A DNA stretch of 38,891 nucleotides. Source: a virus. Taxonomy: Duplodnaviria > Heunggongvirae > Uroviricota > Caudoviricetes. Shown here in pieces: positions 37,644 through 38,891 of this stretch; position 1 is the stretch's first letter; each line of letters opens with the position of its first letter. The notes below the pieces were generated by a model. The model had not been told where the DNA came from. It worked only from the letters and a program-made list of their open reading frames with translations, and ran no database searches. Location of the stretch: positions 1 through 38,891 of the IMG/VR virus record IMGVR_UViG_2576861092_000011. One strand, given 5' to 3'. A program made the position numbers and the translations under genes.

Positions 37644-38891
37644 CTATATTGCTGAAGGTACAGGCGTTTCCATAACTATTTGCTCGCGTTTTTTACTCAA
37701 GAAGAAAATGCCAAATAGCAACATCAGGCAGACAATACCCGAAATTGCGAAGAAAACTGTCTGGTAGCCTGCGTGGTCAAAGAGTATCCCAGTCGGCGTT
37801 GAAAGCAGCACAATCCCAAGCGAACTGGCAATTTGAAAACCAATCAGAAAGATCGTCGACGACAGGCGCTTATCAAAGTTTGCCACGCTGTATTTGAAGA
37901 CGGATATGACACAAAGTGGAACCTCAATGGCATGTAACAACTTCACTAATGAAATAATCCAGGGGTTAACGAACAGCGCGCAGGAAAGGATACGCAACGC
38001 CATAATCACAACTCCGATAAGTAATGCATTTTTTGGCCCTACCCGATTCACAAAGAAAGGAATAATCGCCATGCACAGCGCTTCGAGTACCACCTGGAAT
38101 GAGTTGAGATAACCATACAGGCGCGTTCCTACATCGTGTGATTCGAATAAACCTGCATAAAAGACAGGAAAAAGTTGTTGATCAAAAATGTTATAGAAAG
38201 ACCACGTCCCCACAATAAATATGACGAAAACCCAGAAGTTTCGATCCTTGAAAACTGCGATAAAATCCTCTTTTTTTACCCCTCCCGCATCTGCCGCTAC
38301 GCACTGGTGATCCTTATCTTTAAAACGCATGTTGATCATCATAAATACAGCGCCAAATAGCGAGACCAACCAGAAGTTGATATGGGGACTGATACTAAAA
38401 AATATGCCGGCAAAGAACGCGCCAATAGCATAGCCAAAAGATCCCCAGGCGCGCGCTGTTCCATATTCGAAATGAAAATTTCGCGCCATTTTTTCGGTGA
38501 AGCTATCAAGCAAACCGCATCCCGCCAGATACCCCAAGCCAAAAAATAGCGCCCCCAGAATTAGACCTACAGAAAAATTGCTTTGCAGTAACGGTTCATA
38601 AACGTAAATCATAAACGGTCCGGTCAAGACCAGGATGAAACTCATACACCAGATGAGCGGTTTCTTCAGACCGAGTTTATCCTGAACGATGCCGTAGAAC
38701 ATCATAAATAGAATGCTGGTAAACTGGTTGACCGAATAAAGTGTACCTAATTCCGTCCCTGTCAACCCTAGATGTCCTTTCAGCCAAATAGCGTATAACG
38801 ACCACCACAGCGACCAGGAAATAAAAAAGAGAAATGAGTAACTGGATGCAAAACGATAGTACGCATTTCTGAATGGAATATTCAGTGCCAT
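37644..38891 (-). CDS. cscB: Sucrose:H+ symporter (LacY-family oligosaccharide permease), host gene
   Basis: 415 aa, 12-TM MFS pattern; matches my recollection of E. coli CscB (MALNIPFRNAYYRFASSYSFLFFISWSLWWSLYAIWLKG...). Window ends at its start codon. Confidence 0.85.
   Translation of the reverse strand: MALNIPFRNAYYRFASSYSFLFFISWSLWWSLYAIWLKGHLGLTGTELGTLYSVNQFTSILFMMFYGIVQDKLGLKKPLIWCMSFILVLTGPFMIYVYEPLLQSNFSVGLILGALFFGLGYLAGCGLLDSFTEKMARNFHFEYGTARAWGSFGYAIGAFFAGIFFSISPHINFWLVSLFGAVFMMINMRFKDKDHQCVAADAGGVKKEDFIAVFKDRNFWVFVIFIVGTWSFYNIFDQQLFPVFYAGLFESHDVGTRLYGYLNSFQVVLEALCMAIIPFFVNRVGPKNALLIGVVIMALRILSCALFVNPWIISLVKLLHAIEVPLCVISVFKYSVANFDKRLSSTIFLIGFQIASSLGIVLLSTPTGILFDHAGYQTVFFAISGIVCLMLLFGIFFLSKKREQIVMETPVPSAI

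Overview
The window is an apparently complete P22-like (Sf6/HK620/CUS-3-type) lambdoid prophage of about 37.2 kb in an Escherichia/Shigella chromosome, followed by the host sucrose permease gene cscB (minus strand, 37644..38891). The window starts exactly at the integrase start codon, so the argW-side junction (attL) is outside it. Left to right: P4-type integrase (intS-like) -> AT-rich O-antigen acetyltransferase (oac-like) -> minus-strand virion module (tailspike, ejection proteins gp16/gp20/gp7, gp14, tail needle, gp10, gp4, coat, scaffold, portal, large and small terminase) -> three accessory genes (HslV/proteasome-beta-like Ntn hydrolase, orf80-like, DUF2829) -> lambda-type lysis cassette (S, R, Rz/Rz1) -> late promoter pR'/tR' and Q -> nin region (phosphatase, NinH, NinG, NinF, NinX-like, NinE-like, orphan Dam methylase, NinB) -> DnaB-like helicase and O-like initiator with internal iteron origin -> cII, cro | cI, a small membrane protein, N -> plus-strand early-left operon (cIII-like, RecT plus Sipho_Gp157-like, several unknowns) -> TorI-like excisionase -> attR core matching the tRNA-Arg (argW) 3' end. 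It looks like the intact counterpart of the defective KplE1/CPS-53 prophage of E. coli K-12. All homology calls are from reading the translations and from recalled reference sequences; no database search was run. Most notable observations: an in-frame amber codon inside an mnt-like repressor gene with no arc/ant partner; a phage-borne HslV-like peptidase between the lysis and packaging genes; a DUF2829 (Tad2-like) protein; a small membrane protein in the rex position downstream of cI; an AT-rich oac plus tailspike receptor-domain conversion module; and a split tRNA 3'-end arrangement around torI.
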